DNA of 64,000 nucleotides from Methanothrix sp. (GTDB lineage: Archaea; Halobacteriota; Methanosarcinia; Methanotrichales; Methanotrichaceae): NCBI GenBank assembly GCA_963682135.1, contig OY821645.1, positions 2,912,001 through 2,976,000 of the forward strand, read 5' to 3'. Of this stretch, positions 1 through 9,667 are shown piece after piece. A program made the translations under genes and the position numbers. The notes under the pieces are model-generated. The model saw nothing but the letters and a program-made list of their open reading frames with translations, did no database searches and had not been told where the DNA came from. How positions within the stretch are numbered: position 1 is the stretch's first letter; the number at the start of each line of letters is the position of its first letter.

Positions 1-1143
1 TCTGCCTCCGCCTGTGATATTGAGAAGGATGATATCTCGGGGCACAACGCTGCCGGCGCTTATCGCCTGCTCGAGCGCTGCCACGGCTATTGCCGGAGCA
101 TTAAGAATATCGATTTCCTCCGACTGCTCAAAGAGCTTCTTGGCCTCTGCTGCCTGGCGATCGGTTATGCCGTAGACCTCGCCCCGGGTATCTTGCAGGG
201 CGTCTCTTACGCCGCCCGGCATGTCGTAGGGAGGTCTGCGATTGAAGAGAACATCATCGAACATGTCGCTACATACGGGCTCTGCCTCTTTTCCCTTCCA
301 GGCACAGTAAATGGGCGCATTGGGAAGATTCTGGGCCAAATGTAGCATTGGAAGGTAAGAGCCGAAGCGTCCGTCTGCCTTGAGGCGAAGTGCCGCCTCC
401 CAGGCTGATATGCCGCCCGTGCCGCTTCCTACTGCCTGGAAGTAGTGCTTGGGAATCTGTCCAAGCGCCAGAGCGGCGTCGAGCATCACCGTGCCCATCC
501 CGTCCCGCCTGGCAATGTTTCTCGCTCCGCCCTCCGGCGCAAAGCCGGGCAGGGATTGCACCTTTTCAGCTATTTGAATGGCATCGTAGTAATCGCCCTG
601 CACGGCTATCAACCTCACCTGCCCGGTGCCTCTGCTTTCCGCTGAGCCTGCCTTCGCAGCAGTCCACATTCTGCCCAGGGCTTTTTCCGGCACAAAGAGA
701 ATCAGCGGCTGGCCGGTGATTATGGATACATGGGCAAAGGCGCGAGCGGTGTTGCCGGCAGAAGCCACTACCAGTGTGGGGTTGTCGCCTCGTTCCTTCA
801 GCCTTTGCATGGTGGGTGCAGCCTCCAGATCCTTGAAGCTGCAGGTGGGCATCTTTGCGCCACGCTCCGGCCAGTAGCCGTTGAAGCTGATGTAAAGGTT
901 TTCCAGGCCCAGTTCCCTGGCCAGGCCTCGGCTCTTGTAGGTCACTGGTGCGCCTTCCGCCTCTGCGATGATCCCCTGTACAGGAAGCCAGTCAAGGAAG
1001 CGCCAGATGCCGGGCAGGCTCTTGGGCTTAATTTGCCTGGCCTGGTAATCGGCGCGCAGAAGTGAACTGTCATGGGGACAGCTCAAGGAATAGGCAGGCT
1101 GCACTGATCCGTCGCTCACACATAAAAGCCGATATTCGCCCAT
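1..1143 (-). CDS. Cysteate synthase (PLP, threonine-synthase-like; coenzyme M biosynthesis), 3' end outside window
   Basis: Manual minus-strand translation from ATG at 1143: MGEYRLLC...FNGYWPERGAKMPTCSFKDLEA...EGGARNIARRDGMGTVMLDA...HYFQAVGSGTGGI...LLNITGGG. Absent from the ORF track because it runs off the window edge. Confidence 0.85.
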   Translation of the reverse strand, partial: MGEYRLLCVSDGSVQPAYSLSCPHDSSLLRADYQARQIKPKSLPGIWRFLDWLPVQGIIAEAEGAPVTYKSRGLARELGLENLYISFNGYWPERGAKMPTCSFKDLEAAPTMQRLKERGDNPTLVVASAGNTARAFAHVSIITGQPLILFVPEKALGRMWTAAKAGSAESRGTGQVRLIAVQGDYYDAIQIAEKVQSLPGFAPEGGARNIARRDGMGTVMLDAALALGQIPKHYFQAVGSGTGGISAWEAALRLKADGRFGSYLPMLHLAQNLPNAPIYCAWKGKEAEPVCSDMFDDVLFNRRPPYDMPGGVRDALQDTRGEVYGITDRQAAEAKKLFEQSEEIDILNAPAIAVAALEQAISAGSVVPRDIILLNITGGGR

Positions 1144-1333
1144 AGAGGCCACTTCTCCAAATGGAGAATATAATGTTTTCTATTTAGGGACAAAATTTGT
1201 CCTAATTGTGAAAATAGATGGCTGGAAGAGTACCATTGGTCTAAATGTGGGCCATCCTGGATATTAATGTTTTGCCGTAGAGATGGTCCTTCTACCCAAA
1301 AGTAGAAATAATTGGTCTGCATTGTCCAATAGT

Positions 1334-1849
1334 ATGCCAAATGTGGAGCGGGTGATGAGGGCCGCCTTCCAGTCGGACGAGAGGCTGCGGGAAACCTTGA
1401 GAGAGGTCTTCAGGGAACTGGGGCTTTCAGCTCGGGAGTTTTCCAAGGTATCAACAATTCCACAAAGCACCCTCTACAAGATTCTCTCCGGTCACAGAGA
1501 CCCGAATATCACCACGCTGCGCCAGATTGTGAAGACGATTCGCCAGCTGGAAGGCTCGGAAGGTAATTTCATCGCCATAATTGCCGCCCGGCCAGTCCTC
1601 GACAAGATCAGCGAGAAGAAGATGAAGATAGGAGACAAGATGCTAACCTTGCGAGAGTATTCGGCTACCACCATCGAGGAGGCCATCATCGCTGCCATAA
1701 GAGCAGAGAGAGATGGAGCCTCGGCCCTGGTCTGCGCCCCCATCGTCAGCCCAACGGTTGAGAAGCTGCTCTCCATTCCGGTGGCCACCATAATTCCCAG
1801 AGACAGTGTCATCCGGGCCATTGAGGTTGCGGCCAGAAAGATTGAATGA
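1334..1849 (+). CDS. XRE-type HTH transcriptional regulator (archaeal)
   Basis: HTH LSAREFSKVSTIPQSTLYKILSGHRDPNITTL plus a C-terminal alpha/beta domain; ATG 1334 preferred over 1283. Confidence 0.8.
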   Translation: MPNVERVMRAAFQSDERLRETLREVFRELGLSAREFSKVSTIPQSTLYKILSGHRDPNITTLRQIVKTIRQLEGSEGNFIAIIAARPVLDKISEKKMKIGDKMLTLREYSATTIEEAIIAAIRAERDGASALVCAPIVSPTVEKLLSIPVATIIPRDSVIRAIEVAARKIE

Positions 1850-2466
1850 GGAATTGTATGAGAATTACATCTGTAGCTACTATGATACTGACTGTGTCAT
1901 TGGTATCATGTCTTTTCTTGGCGGTCGCGAGCAGCCAGAGCACTCCTCCTCAATTCCAGAGCGTGAGTGGAGAATTTGCTCAGAAGTGGATAAAGGATTT
2001 CAAGGAAGAGAATGCACAGTCGGCCCCCGTGATCGAGGATAACCCGCAAGATAAGAATGGCAGCGACTTATGGAACTGGGGCAATGCGCCTCAGGGCAGC
2101 AAGATAGTTGATGGCAATCTGGTAACCGATCCCTATTATCTCCGGCCGCTTTTAAATCTGTCCAGCAACTGGCTGGGCGAGACCTACACCGATTCCGCTA
2201 CCGGTCTTCCCATGGAGACCTACTCCGATCCTTTGACCGGGAAAAAGATCTACCGTTTCCTCAATCCCACCAATTCAAAGCCCTTCTTTACCTATTCTAC
2301 TTATCCCGATGCCAAGACCGGCAATCTGGTTTACGCCTATATTGACCCCATGACGGGAAATGAGGTCCATGCCAGCGCGGCCCCCATTGATCTCATCAAC
2401 CTTCTGGCGGGCAAGATGGCAGGTCAAACGGCCTACAGTCAGAATGAGCCGTGGACCAGGCTGTAG
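1846..2466 (+). CDS. Secreted protein, FQSVxG/LWxWG/YxDPxTG-repeat family (paralog 1)
   Basis: Signal peptide; motifs shared with 7143..7685 and 7794..8270. Confidence 0.75.
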   Translation: MRNCMRITSVATMILTVSLVSCLFLAVASSQSTPPQFQSVSGEFAQKWIKDFKEENAQSAPVIEDNPQDKNGSDLWNWGNAPQGSKIVDGNLVTDPYYLRPLLNLSSNWLGETYTDSATGLPMETYSDPLTGKKIYRFLNPTNSKPFFTYSTYPDAKTGNLVYAYIDPMTGNEVHASAAPIDLINLLAGKMAGQTAYSQNEPWTRL

Positions 2467-2651
2467 TTGAGAGCTGATAATTATGGTCTAATATCATATT
2501 TTTGGCGAATATTCCATAATCATTATCACTGTTGAGGATTCAGAGACGATATGAAAGCTAAATTTTTTCATTGTCTAACATAAAACTATCTTTCTAAAAA
2601 AAGTCTTTTATAGTTAAATGATATAATTTTGGATAGAGGGGTAATGGATTC

Positions 2652-4382
2652 ATGAGGTTATTGATCGAGATCTTCATTGTAATTATCCTATTGGCATCGG
2701 CTCAAGCATACGATTTTAATGGCAGCGTCAAATATGGCATCGGGAATAAATCATTCTCTATGAATTTGACAAACCCCTCAAATTCATCACTACCCCATGA
2801 AACGTACGATCTTAAGAATTTGGAAGCTTCGACGGCAAGAATGAATTCTCGGTTTGCTGAACGATCAGGAATGTTTCTCTTAAATCAGTCCGCTGCCATC
2901 AATTACAGCGATTGGCATGGAAATGGTCAGACGAATATTGGCCTGAATCTTAAAAACGGCTCAAATCGATCGATAAAGTCTGAGACCATTAAATTCAATA
3001 TATCGGACGATCTGGCATACAACCCAATAAAGTTCGTCATAAAGCGGGAAGATCTGCACGATAAAAGCAGATCTCAAAATTCAACAATCATTGTGCATGG
3101 GGGACAGAGTATCCAGGATGCTATCGACGCCGCCGCCTCGGGAGATACCATCGAAATAAACAGCGGAACATACATTGAAAATCTCCGCATCAACAAGCCT
3201 CTCACTATTCGGGGAGTGGATGTAGGAAGTGGTCTTCCTGTCATTGATGCCAACAGCAAAGGAAACGCCATTGAGATCTCTGCAGATCAGGTTATTTTGG
3301 AGAACATCGTTTCTACAAACGCTTCCAGGTCCAGCATGAGGCCAGGGGCAGGTATTAGATTCAGCTCTTCAAACAATTGTTCCATTGGACGCATAGAATC
3401 ATATAATAATTATTATGGCATAAACTTAGCAGACTCCAATAATAATACCATATCTGAGTGCAATATAAGCAACAGCCAGTATGGTGTCAGAATCTACTTC
3501 TCAAATAACAATAGGATACAGAATTGCGATGTAAGGGATAACGACATTCCCTTGAATATTGTTTCATCAGTTGGAAACCTGATTTCAGGCAATATTTTTA
3601 AAGACAACTTGCATGAGATTGAGACAAATAATGATAACAAAATCATAAACAATGAAGAGATCTCGGCCTCTGTAAAAGAACTTAATTCAAGCAAGGAGGT
3701 CGTGGAACTAAATGCCAAACCCAGGCCACAACCACCTCAATCCAATTATGGCGGAAAGGCTAAATCATCTCATTCATCTGGAAATCATGGTAATGGTGCA
3801 CAATGGCGTCCCGCTTTGATGAATGATGACGAAGGAAAAGAATACAATAATTTGGCTCAGAAGGCTGCAGGAACTCTCGTTTTTAATCCTCCCAATGTTA
3901 TGACAAGTGGGGAGAGCGAGTGGATTGATGCTCGTATTGGTCTGGAAAATACTTCAACATTGGTCCAGGGACTCCTTGGAAAAGGTGAAGTCCAATTTAG
4001 AGATGTCAGCACAGAGACGAATATGACTTATGTTGTCAAGCTGGAAGGTGACAGTGGTTTTGAGATCCAGGCAAAAAGACCCGACGCCCAGATATTAGGG
4101 ATTGACCCTGCAGTATGGCTCTGGTCGGTTACCCCCTTAAAAGATGGCAACCATACACTTATACTTAGCGTGGATCTTCAATTGGAAAAACCACCTTTTA
4201 ACTGCAGATGCATAAATGTGACTTACTGGCCGGTGTCTGTAAGAGTGCTGGAACCAGGCCCAGAGCAGCGAGTAATGAATTTCATGAGTTCCTCTTACTC
4301 TTTGACCACAGGGGCAATAGCCTTCCTGGCCAGCCTATTCTCTTTGATCGTCTTGTTCAGGCAACTTAAAAAAAGGAATTGA
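2652..4382 (+). CDS. Secreted, membrane-anchored right-handed beta-helix (NosD/pectin-lyase-like) protein
   Basis: Signal peptide, SIQDAIDAAASGDTIEINSGTYIENL, Asn-rich beta-helix repeats, C-terminal TM helix and basic tail. Confidence 0.8.
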   Translation: MRLLIEIFIVIILLASAQAYDFNGSVKYGIGNKSFSMNLTNPSNSSLPHETYDLKNLEASTARMNSRFAERSGMFLLNQSAAINYSDWHGNGQTNIGLNLKNGSNRSIKSETIKFNISDDLAYNPIKFVIKREDLHDKSRSQNSTIIVHGGQSIQDAIDAAASGDTIEINSGTYIENLRINKPLTIRGVDVGSGLPVIDANSKGNAIEISADQVILENIVSTNASRSSMRPGAGIRFSSSNNCSIGRIESYNNYYGINLADSNNNTISECNISNSQYGVRIYFSNNNRIQNCDVRDNDIPLNIVSSVGNLISGNIFKDNLHEIETNNDNKIINNEEISASVKELNSSKEVVELNAKPRPQPPQSNYGGKAKSSHSSGNHGNGAQWRPALMNDDEGKEYNNLAQKAAGTLVFNPPNVMTSGESEWIDARIGLENTSTLVQGLLGKGEVQFRDVSTETNMTYVVKLEGDSGFEIQAKRPDAQILGIDPAVWLWSVTPLKDGNHTLILSVDLQLEKPPFNCRCINVTYWPVSVRVLEPGPEQRVMNFMSSSYSLTTGAIAFLASLFSLIVLFRQLKKRN

Positions 4383-4412
4383 TGGAAATTAAAGAGGCGG
4401 AAAAGGCCGCGA

Positions 4413-6050
4413 TCAGGTCACCGCCTCCGTAGAGTTTCTTATATTGGATATCACCTCTAAAACAGCAAGGTCTGTGGCAAGTATGCCACCTCCAACTTCA
4501 TCTGGAGCAGGAACCTGCTTGCCCCCTATATCGATACTCTTGCGAGCCGTCCTCACCAGTAAAGATTTAATCCCGGAAGCATCAAGACTTGGGTCCAGAG
4601 AGCGAACTAAGGCGGCAGTAGCTGTAACAAAAGGTACAGACATACTGGTCTCACCTCCCGAGTCTTCGATTCTCCCCTTATCATCTTTACCCCAGATTGC
4701 TTGATCTCCAGGAACGCCAATTGTCACTTCGAAGTTGTCGCTGATCCGGTTGCTGTCTGCTTGAATGGTTCCATCGTTATTTATGCAGCCTACGACTATA
4801 ACGTTAGGCAAATGATATGCATAAGGAAAACGACGCGATCCGTCAAGGGCTTTTCCATCATTTCCGGCGGAACATACAAAGAGATGATCTGGATATGCAT
4901 CTGCCCATTCTTTGAAGAATTCTTCCGACTCTGTGACTGCACCTGGGTCAGCCTCGCTGTTTCCCCAGGAGAAGCTCAGTATATCAGATCCTATGCCTGC
5001 CTGGCTGAGGGCAAGCATGTAGCCCATATACCAGGCGTCCCCGGACTTGGAATAAATTGGAGATTGCATATTGATCATGCTAACACTCAGGTTATCTCTG
5101 AGCGGCTCTGAAGCAATTCCAACCAGGCCCCCATTATCCGGATCAGCTGCCAGGATATTCATGATTCCTGTACCATGACTGCCTGCGATCGGATAATCGG
5201 ATGACGGATTTTTCAGCAATGAGCCGTTACTTTTGGTATTGATTCTAACTGCGCCATCGAATTCACCATACCCTTTATAAAGGCCATCATCAATTACTCC
5301 GATCTTTGCTTTAGAGAGGGGGAGCCCAGAGGAGCTGATAGCATCCCAAGATTGCTGTACGCCAACGATCTGATAGCTTCTACTTCTGTCTTTTGAGTAA
5401 ATTGGATCGTCCAATGGAGATTTATCTGGGAATATCTCCTGATGGGGAAATGCCAGCAGTATGTCAGGATCGCTATTTGCAACAGATAGAGCATCTCTTA
5501 AGTCTTCTTCATTCTTGCCAAGGGTTTCTATCTGATACAGGCTTATGAAATCAATATAGCCCACTACTTTAGCTCCTAGATGGCTCGCCAGCTCTTGCAC
5601 GATGCAGTGGCTGCAGCCTTTCCTTGTAACCACCAGGATCTGATTGGCCGGAACTTCACCCCATTGGGATGTGGAAATGAGGCTTTCCGGTTCGGGCGGC
5701 TTGAAGGTGACCGAGCCTAATTTCGGTATTACGACCATTGGATCCGGCAGAGGTGGGCATTCAACCTGTTCGCTCTGGGGCAGGGGCTGATCGGAATAGA
5801 TTGTCGTTTCGCAAGAAAGCCAACAACCGGGCGTCTCAGAGGATCCGCTGGACATGGGTAAAGAACTGGGTAAACAATAGGGTGCTGCGGCGCAAAAATA
5901 TGCCTCATTGCAATCAGGTGGTGGCGAGCACAATATACTATTATATACATAAGTGCTCTGCGTCTGGCCGCTCTCTTGTATCAGTCCAACTTCTATTGCA
6001 TCAACTTCCTGAGCAATAAAGATCAAAGCCAGTATCAATATAATCTTCAT
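4413..6050 (-). CDS. Secreted S8 (subtilase) serine peptidase
   Basis: Triad motifs VIDDG, SHGTG, GETSMSVP and oxyanion SAGN; signal peptide; Cys/Pro-rich N-terminus. Confidence 0.85.
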   Translation of the reverse strand: MKIILILALIFIAQEVDAIEVGLIQESGQTQSTYVYNSILCSPPPDCNEAYFCAAAPYCLPSSLPMSSGSSETPGCWLSCETTIYSDQPLPQSEQVECPPLPDPMVVIPKLGSVTFKPPEPESLISTSQWGEVPANQILVVTRKGCSHCIVQELASHLGAKVVGYIDFISLYQIETLGKNEEDLRDALSVANSDPDILLAFPHQEIFPDKSPLDDPIYSKDRSRSYQIVGVQQSWDAISSSGLPLSKAKIGVIDDGLYKGYGEFDGAVRINTKSNGSLLKNPSSDYPIAGSHGTGIMNILAADPDNGGLVGIASEPLRDNLSVSMINMQSPIYSKSGDAWYMGYMLALSQAGIGSDILSFSWGNSEADPGAVTESEEFFKEWADAYPDHLFVCSAGNDGKALDGSRRFPYAYHLPNVIVVGCINNDGTIQADSNRISDNFEVTIGVPGDQAIWGKDDKGRIEDSGGETSMSVPFVTATAALVRSLDPSLDASGIKSLLVRTARKSIDIGGKQVPAPDEVGGGILATDLAVLEVISNIRNSTEAVT

Positions 6051-6988
6051 TGAATCTCACCCTGCACACCGGAACATGCGCAACTGAAAATCTCTTCAGC
6101 ATTCAGCGTTCTTCTATCAAGTATATTCATATCCTTCCAGCCCTGATAGCAGCAAGGCAGCCATTGGTCAGATTCCTTTGAATCAGGGAACCGGGATTTC
6201 ATGTTGAGTTTCTTTGTTATATTGAAGGACCCATAGTATCTTTCGTCACCTTTATTGAGAATCTCGTAGCCGGTCAATGGAGCTTGCTCTAATTCGGACC
6301 CCGATTGTTGATACTTCAGGTCTGCTATGCCGGTTGTGCTTGTCGAGATCTGGTAATTCAATTCTCTGGTGGGCTTTCGCTCTATTTGAATTATATTATC
6401 CTCCGTGGCAAGAACTGTAGCATTCATCCTGTCCAATCTCATTTCGATAATCCTGTCCTTCGATAAGTTCTTGTTAAACAGCAGATTAGCTCCCACAAAG
6501 TCGAAATTGTTGCCTGCAAAATCGCGATTATTGATATTTTTTCCAGAATATTCCAGCTTCTGGCTGGAGGATATATTTGCCTGCCACCGCTCAATAAATT
6601 TTATTGCATATGTATCCGAAGAAGTGGATTTAACTATATCCAATCCCACAGGCATTCTAATCTGTGCCCAGGCATCTATATGTTCTTGAGAGCTGTAGTT
6701 GCCCTCCGAGGCAGCAGTTCTCTCATTGAGCCTAACATCAATGAGGTTCATGTCCTGGAAATGAGAGGAATAAGGGCTCAAGACTCTGCCTCGAGGACCA
6801 ACGAAAGCCTTGATCTTTCCTTCAATATATTGGTCTGACTCAAAGCTCATATTATTGCCGTGCCTGTAAACACTCCAGAAATCATCTGTGGTTTTCACAT
6901 AGCCAAACCAGCTATCCGAGGAAGCTATTCCAGGAAGCATGATCAAGATAATTAGAATTAGACGCAATGAGACATAATGTAAAGCCAT
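6047..6988 (-). CDS. Secreted hypothetical protein with WLPC motif near the C-terminus
   Basis: 313-aa ORF with signal peptide; overlaps the S8 gene start (ATGA). Confidence 0.7.
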   Translation of the reverse strand: MALHYVSLRLILIILIMLPGIASSDSWFGYVKTTDDFWSVYRHGNNMSFESDQYIEGKIKAFVGPRGRVLSPYSSHFQDMNLIDVRLNERTAASEGNYSSQEHIDAWAQIRMPVGLDIVKSTSSDTYAIKFIERWQANISSSQKLEYSGKNINNRDFAGNNFDFVGANLLFNKNLSKDRIIEMRLDRMNATVLATEDNIIQIERKPTRELNYQISTSTTGIADLKYQQSGSELEQAPLTGYEILNKGDERYYGSFNITKKLNMKSRFPDSKESDQWLPCCYQGWKDMNILDRRTLNAEEIFSCACSGVQGEIQ

Positions 6989-7142
6989 TATTATTCCCTC
7001 CCGCCATCAAATAATTTTTCATAATCGTTCATCTAGCTTGTATAAATATCTTTTTTAGGGCATAGCGCGAATAAGCTTATAGAATGAATGGTGCGAAAGG
7101 CTTTTATTTCTCCGCGGCCTTTTTTTGTTCGTGGGGTTTCGT

Positions 7143-7685
7143 ATGAAGACTGCATTAGCCGTAGTAGTGCTAGTAGCATGCCTACTGGCCGCGGGCGGCT
7201 TAGCTCAGGATGCGAGCCGTTTCCAGAGTGTGGGTGGGGATTTCGGCAAGAAGATGATCAGCACCATAAAATCCAGTGATACAAAGCCGGCGGCTGCAAG
7301 CGGCAATAATGGCAGCCTGTGGAGCTGGGGAAGTTCGCCCAAGGGAACCCTGGTGGTTGACGGTAACCTTATCGGCGATCCTGCATATACAATGAAAACG
7401 CTGAACGTTGTCAAGAATTGGCTGGGCGACTCTTTCGTGGACCCATACGGTACTGCATCTCCTGCTTATTCCTACACAGATCCTCAAACGGGTGAGCCGG
7501 TTACAACTTATGTTGATCCGGTCAATGGCCAGTCCTACTATACGTACACGGATTCCAAGTCTGGAAAGACGATTTACGTCTACTTTAATCCTGATACCGG
7601 AGTGCCGATCTATGCTAGCTATGCGCCTGTTTCCGGCCAATACGTGGAGCAAAAGAAATCTTCTCTGCCGCCGATCTTCAGTTAG
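7143..7685 (+). CDS. Secreted YxDPxTG-repeat protein (paralog 2)
   Basis: MKTALAVVVL signal peptide, RFQSVGGDFG, SLWSWGSSPKG. Confidence 0.75.
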   Translation: MKTALAVVVLVACLLAAGGLAQDASRFQSVGGDFGKKMISTIKSSDTKPAAASGNNGSLWSWGSSPKGTLVVDGNLIGDPAYTMKTLNVVKNWLGDSFVDPYGTASPAYSYTDPQTGEPVTTYVDPVNGQSYYTYTDSKSGKTIYVYFNPDTGVPIYASYAPVSGQYVEQKKSSLPPIFS

Positions 7686-7793
7686 AGCGAACGGAAAAAT
7701 CGGAAAAATTTGCCTGGTGCCGGCTGAAAAAAGGCTCTGACACTCGAAAGCCTTTTATGGTTCTGGATTAATGCCATGAAAGTGGGGTTTGGT

Positions 7794-8270
7794 ATGAAGA
7801 CTGCATTGGCAGTAATGGTATTACTGATAGCTTGTCTCTTGGCAGTGGCTTGTCATGCCCAGGACACGAGCCGTTTCCAGAGTGTTGGTGGAGACTATGG
7901 CAGAAGTGTGATTGGCACCTTTGAGGCCAATGCTACCGCGCCGTCTTCCGTCGCCAATACTAGTGGCAATAACAGCCTGTGGAACTGGGGAAATGCGCCC
8001 AAGGGAAGCTTGATTAAGAATGGAAAGCTGGTGGATGATCCATTTGCTACCTGGAAGTCCTTCAATTATTCGGATGGCTGGATGGGCGAGGTTGAGACGG
8101 ATCCCTTTACAGGAAGATCGATCTATGCCTACAAGATTCCCACTACCGGGGAAATCAAGTATTTCTACATTGATCCTTACACTGGAAAGCCCGTCTATGT
8201 AGACAAAGGTAATGCGATTGCAAATGACGCCAGCAGTGATAACTACGTACTGCCGCGGCTATTCCGCTAG
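7794..8270 (+). CDS. Secreted YxDPxTG-repeat protein (paralog 3)
   Basis: MKTALAVMVL signal peptide, RFQSVGGDYG, SLWNWGNAPKG; tandem duplicate of paralog 2. Confidence 0.75.
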   Translation: MKTALAVMVLLIACLLAVACHAQDTSRFQSVGGDYGRSVIGTFEANATAPSSVANTSGNNSLWNWGNAPKGSLIKNGKLVDDPFATWKSFNYSDGWMGEVETDPFTGRSIYAYKIPTTGEIKYFYIDPYTGKPVYVDKGNAIANDASSDNYVLPRLFR

Positions 8271-8326
8271 GGTGTTCACGGGATTTAGTTTAATGATTTG
8301 ATGAGATATTGGAGAGTGATGGATAA

Positions 8327-8770
8327 ATGAAATATATTGCTATATTTTTATGCATAGTGGGCCTGACAGTGGCCGCAGACTATACCGCCCAGCAGCAGAC
8401 CATCATGGAAGGCCTGCGCCTGTCCTACCAGCTCGGCGAGGCGCATGAGAAGTACACGCAAGGCGGAGATGCCACAACCTTCAACGCCATAATAGATCAG
8501 TGGAACGCCTGGGTGCAGACCAACTTCGGGCAGGATGCCAATTTGCTCATGCAAAAGGTGACAGGCCCGGTAGATCTTAGCAAGCCCTACCTGCTCGCCA
8601 ACAACACCACCCAGGGTGGCATGGTCCATGCGATTGATGGATCTAACAAGGCAGGCGGGTCAAAGTACACCACGAATGATATCAATCTGCTGCCGAGTGG
8701 CGCAATCAAATCGTATCAAGATAGCGATGCAGGAAAAATTACAGGCGATGGTTACCTGGGCGGGGTCTAG
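8327..8770 (+). CDS. Secreted hypothetical protein
   Basis: 147-aa ORF with signal peptide, followed by a T-rich tract. Confidence 0.7.
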   Translation: MKYIAIFLCIVGLTVAADYTAQQQTIMEGLRLSYQLGEAHEKYTQGGDATTFNAIIDQWNAWVQTNFGQDANLLMQKVTGPVDLSKPYLLANNTTQGGMVHAIDGSNKAGGSKYTTNDINLLPSGAIKSYQDSDAGKITGDGYLGGV

Positions 8771-8897
8771 GGCCTTAGCGTACCTATATTCCTTTTCTAC
8801 ATTTTTTAATATATCACATCCGTTCTGATACGTTGGACCCGCTGCTTATTGATATCCAGGCGACTTTGGTATTCCTCCAAAGGATTTCATACTTTCA

Positions 8898-8916
8898 TGC
8901 TATCAATATGCTATCA
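8898..8916 (+). promoter_or_regulatory. Two direct TGCTATCA boxes upstream of the FitA-like gene (putative RHH operator)
   Basis: TGCTATCA at 8898-8905 and 8909-8916, directly before the AGGAGG RBS. Confidence 0.5.
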
Positions 8917-8926
8917 AGGAGGCGTT

Positions 8927-9202
8927 ATGGCCCAGATCATCGTGCGAAATCTCGACGACGACGTTGTGACTCGATTGAAAATGCGCGCTCGAGATAATGA
9001 TCGTTCCCTGGAGGCGGAGGTTCGGCATATCCTGGAGCAATCGGCCAAAATAGATGTGGCTTTGGCTCGTCAAATTGCCCTCAATATTCGAGAGAGACTG
9101 AAGGGCAGGACGTTTCCAGATTCTGCTGTGCTTATCCGCGAGGACCGTTATTGGGGAAATACTATGAGCTTCATGCGATCTTCTGTTCATGGAAGTAAAT
9201 AA
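8927..9202 (+). CDS. FitA-like ribbon-helix-helix antitoxin (no toxin downstream)
   Basis: MAQIIVRNLDDDVVTRLKMRARDNDRSLEAEVRHILE; RBS AGGAGG. Confidence 0.8.
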   Translation: MAQIIVRNLDDDVVTRLKMRARDNDRSLEAEVRHILEQSAKIDVALARQIALNIRERLKGRTFPDSAVLIREDRYWGNTMSFMRSSVHGSK

Positions 9203-9667
9203 CGTTCTTTGTAAGTTGATTCGTAGGGGGTTTTTATCTGAGGATGAAGGATTCGATATCCATAATAAACTCTCATATCCGGAAAACTATATATTCTAGA
9301 TCTGCTTAGCGGATGGCCCGTGCATAATCCTGAGATAAACACGGAGACGATAATCACCATCATAGGCTTTTTAGGGGCAATTCTGCTTCTCCTGGATGTC
9401 GTGATAATTAGATAATTTTTAAAATTTTCCAGAAAAATATGTTCAAGGGGTCTTCTATCATTTTATACTGATATAATGAGGTGGGAGAGGTTCAGGAAGG
9501 AGGAATCAGGACCTGAACTCTCCTAATTTGGCAGAATATTTATCAACATTATTGTTTATGATAATACACTTTTCTAAGATCTATTCTTCCTTCATTGGAT
9601 TTAACACTTTCGGTATTTTAACTAAGTTAAAGGAAAAAGTCGAAAATTTTTTGCACTGCTGGCCTTA

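Noticed and set aside
9484-9523. Hairpin GGAGAGGTTCAGG...CCTGAACTCTCC
   Set aside because: Single imperfect stem with no second copy or known context.
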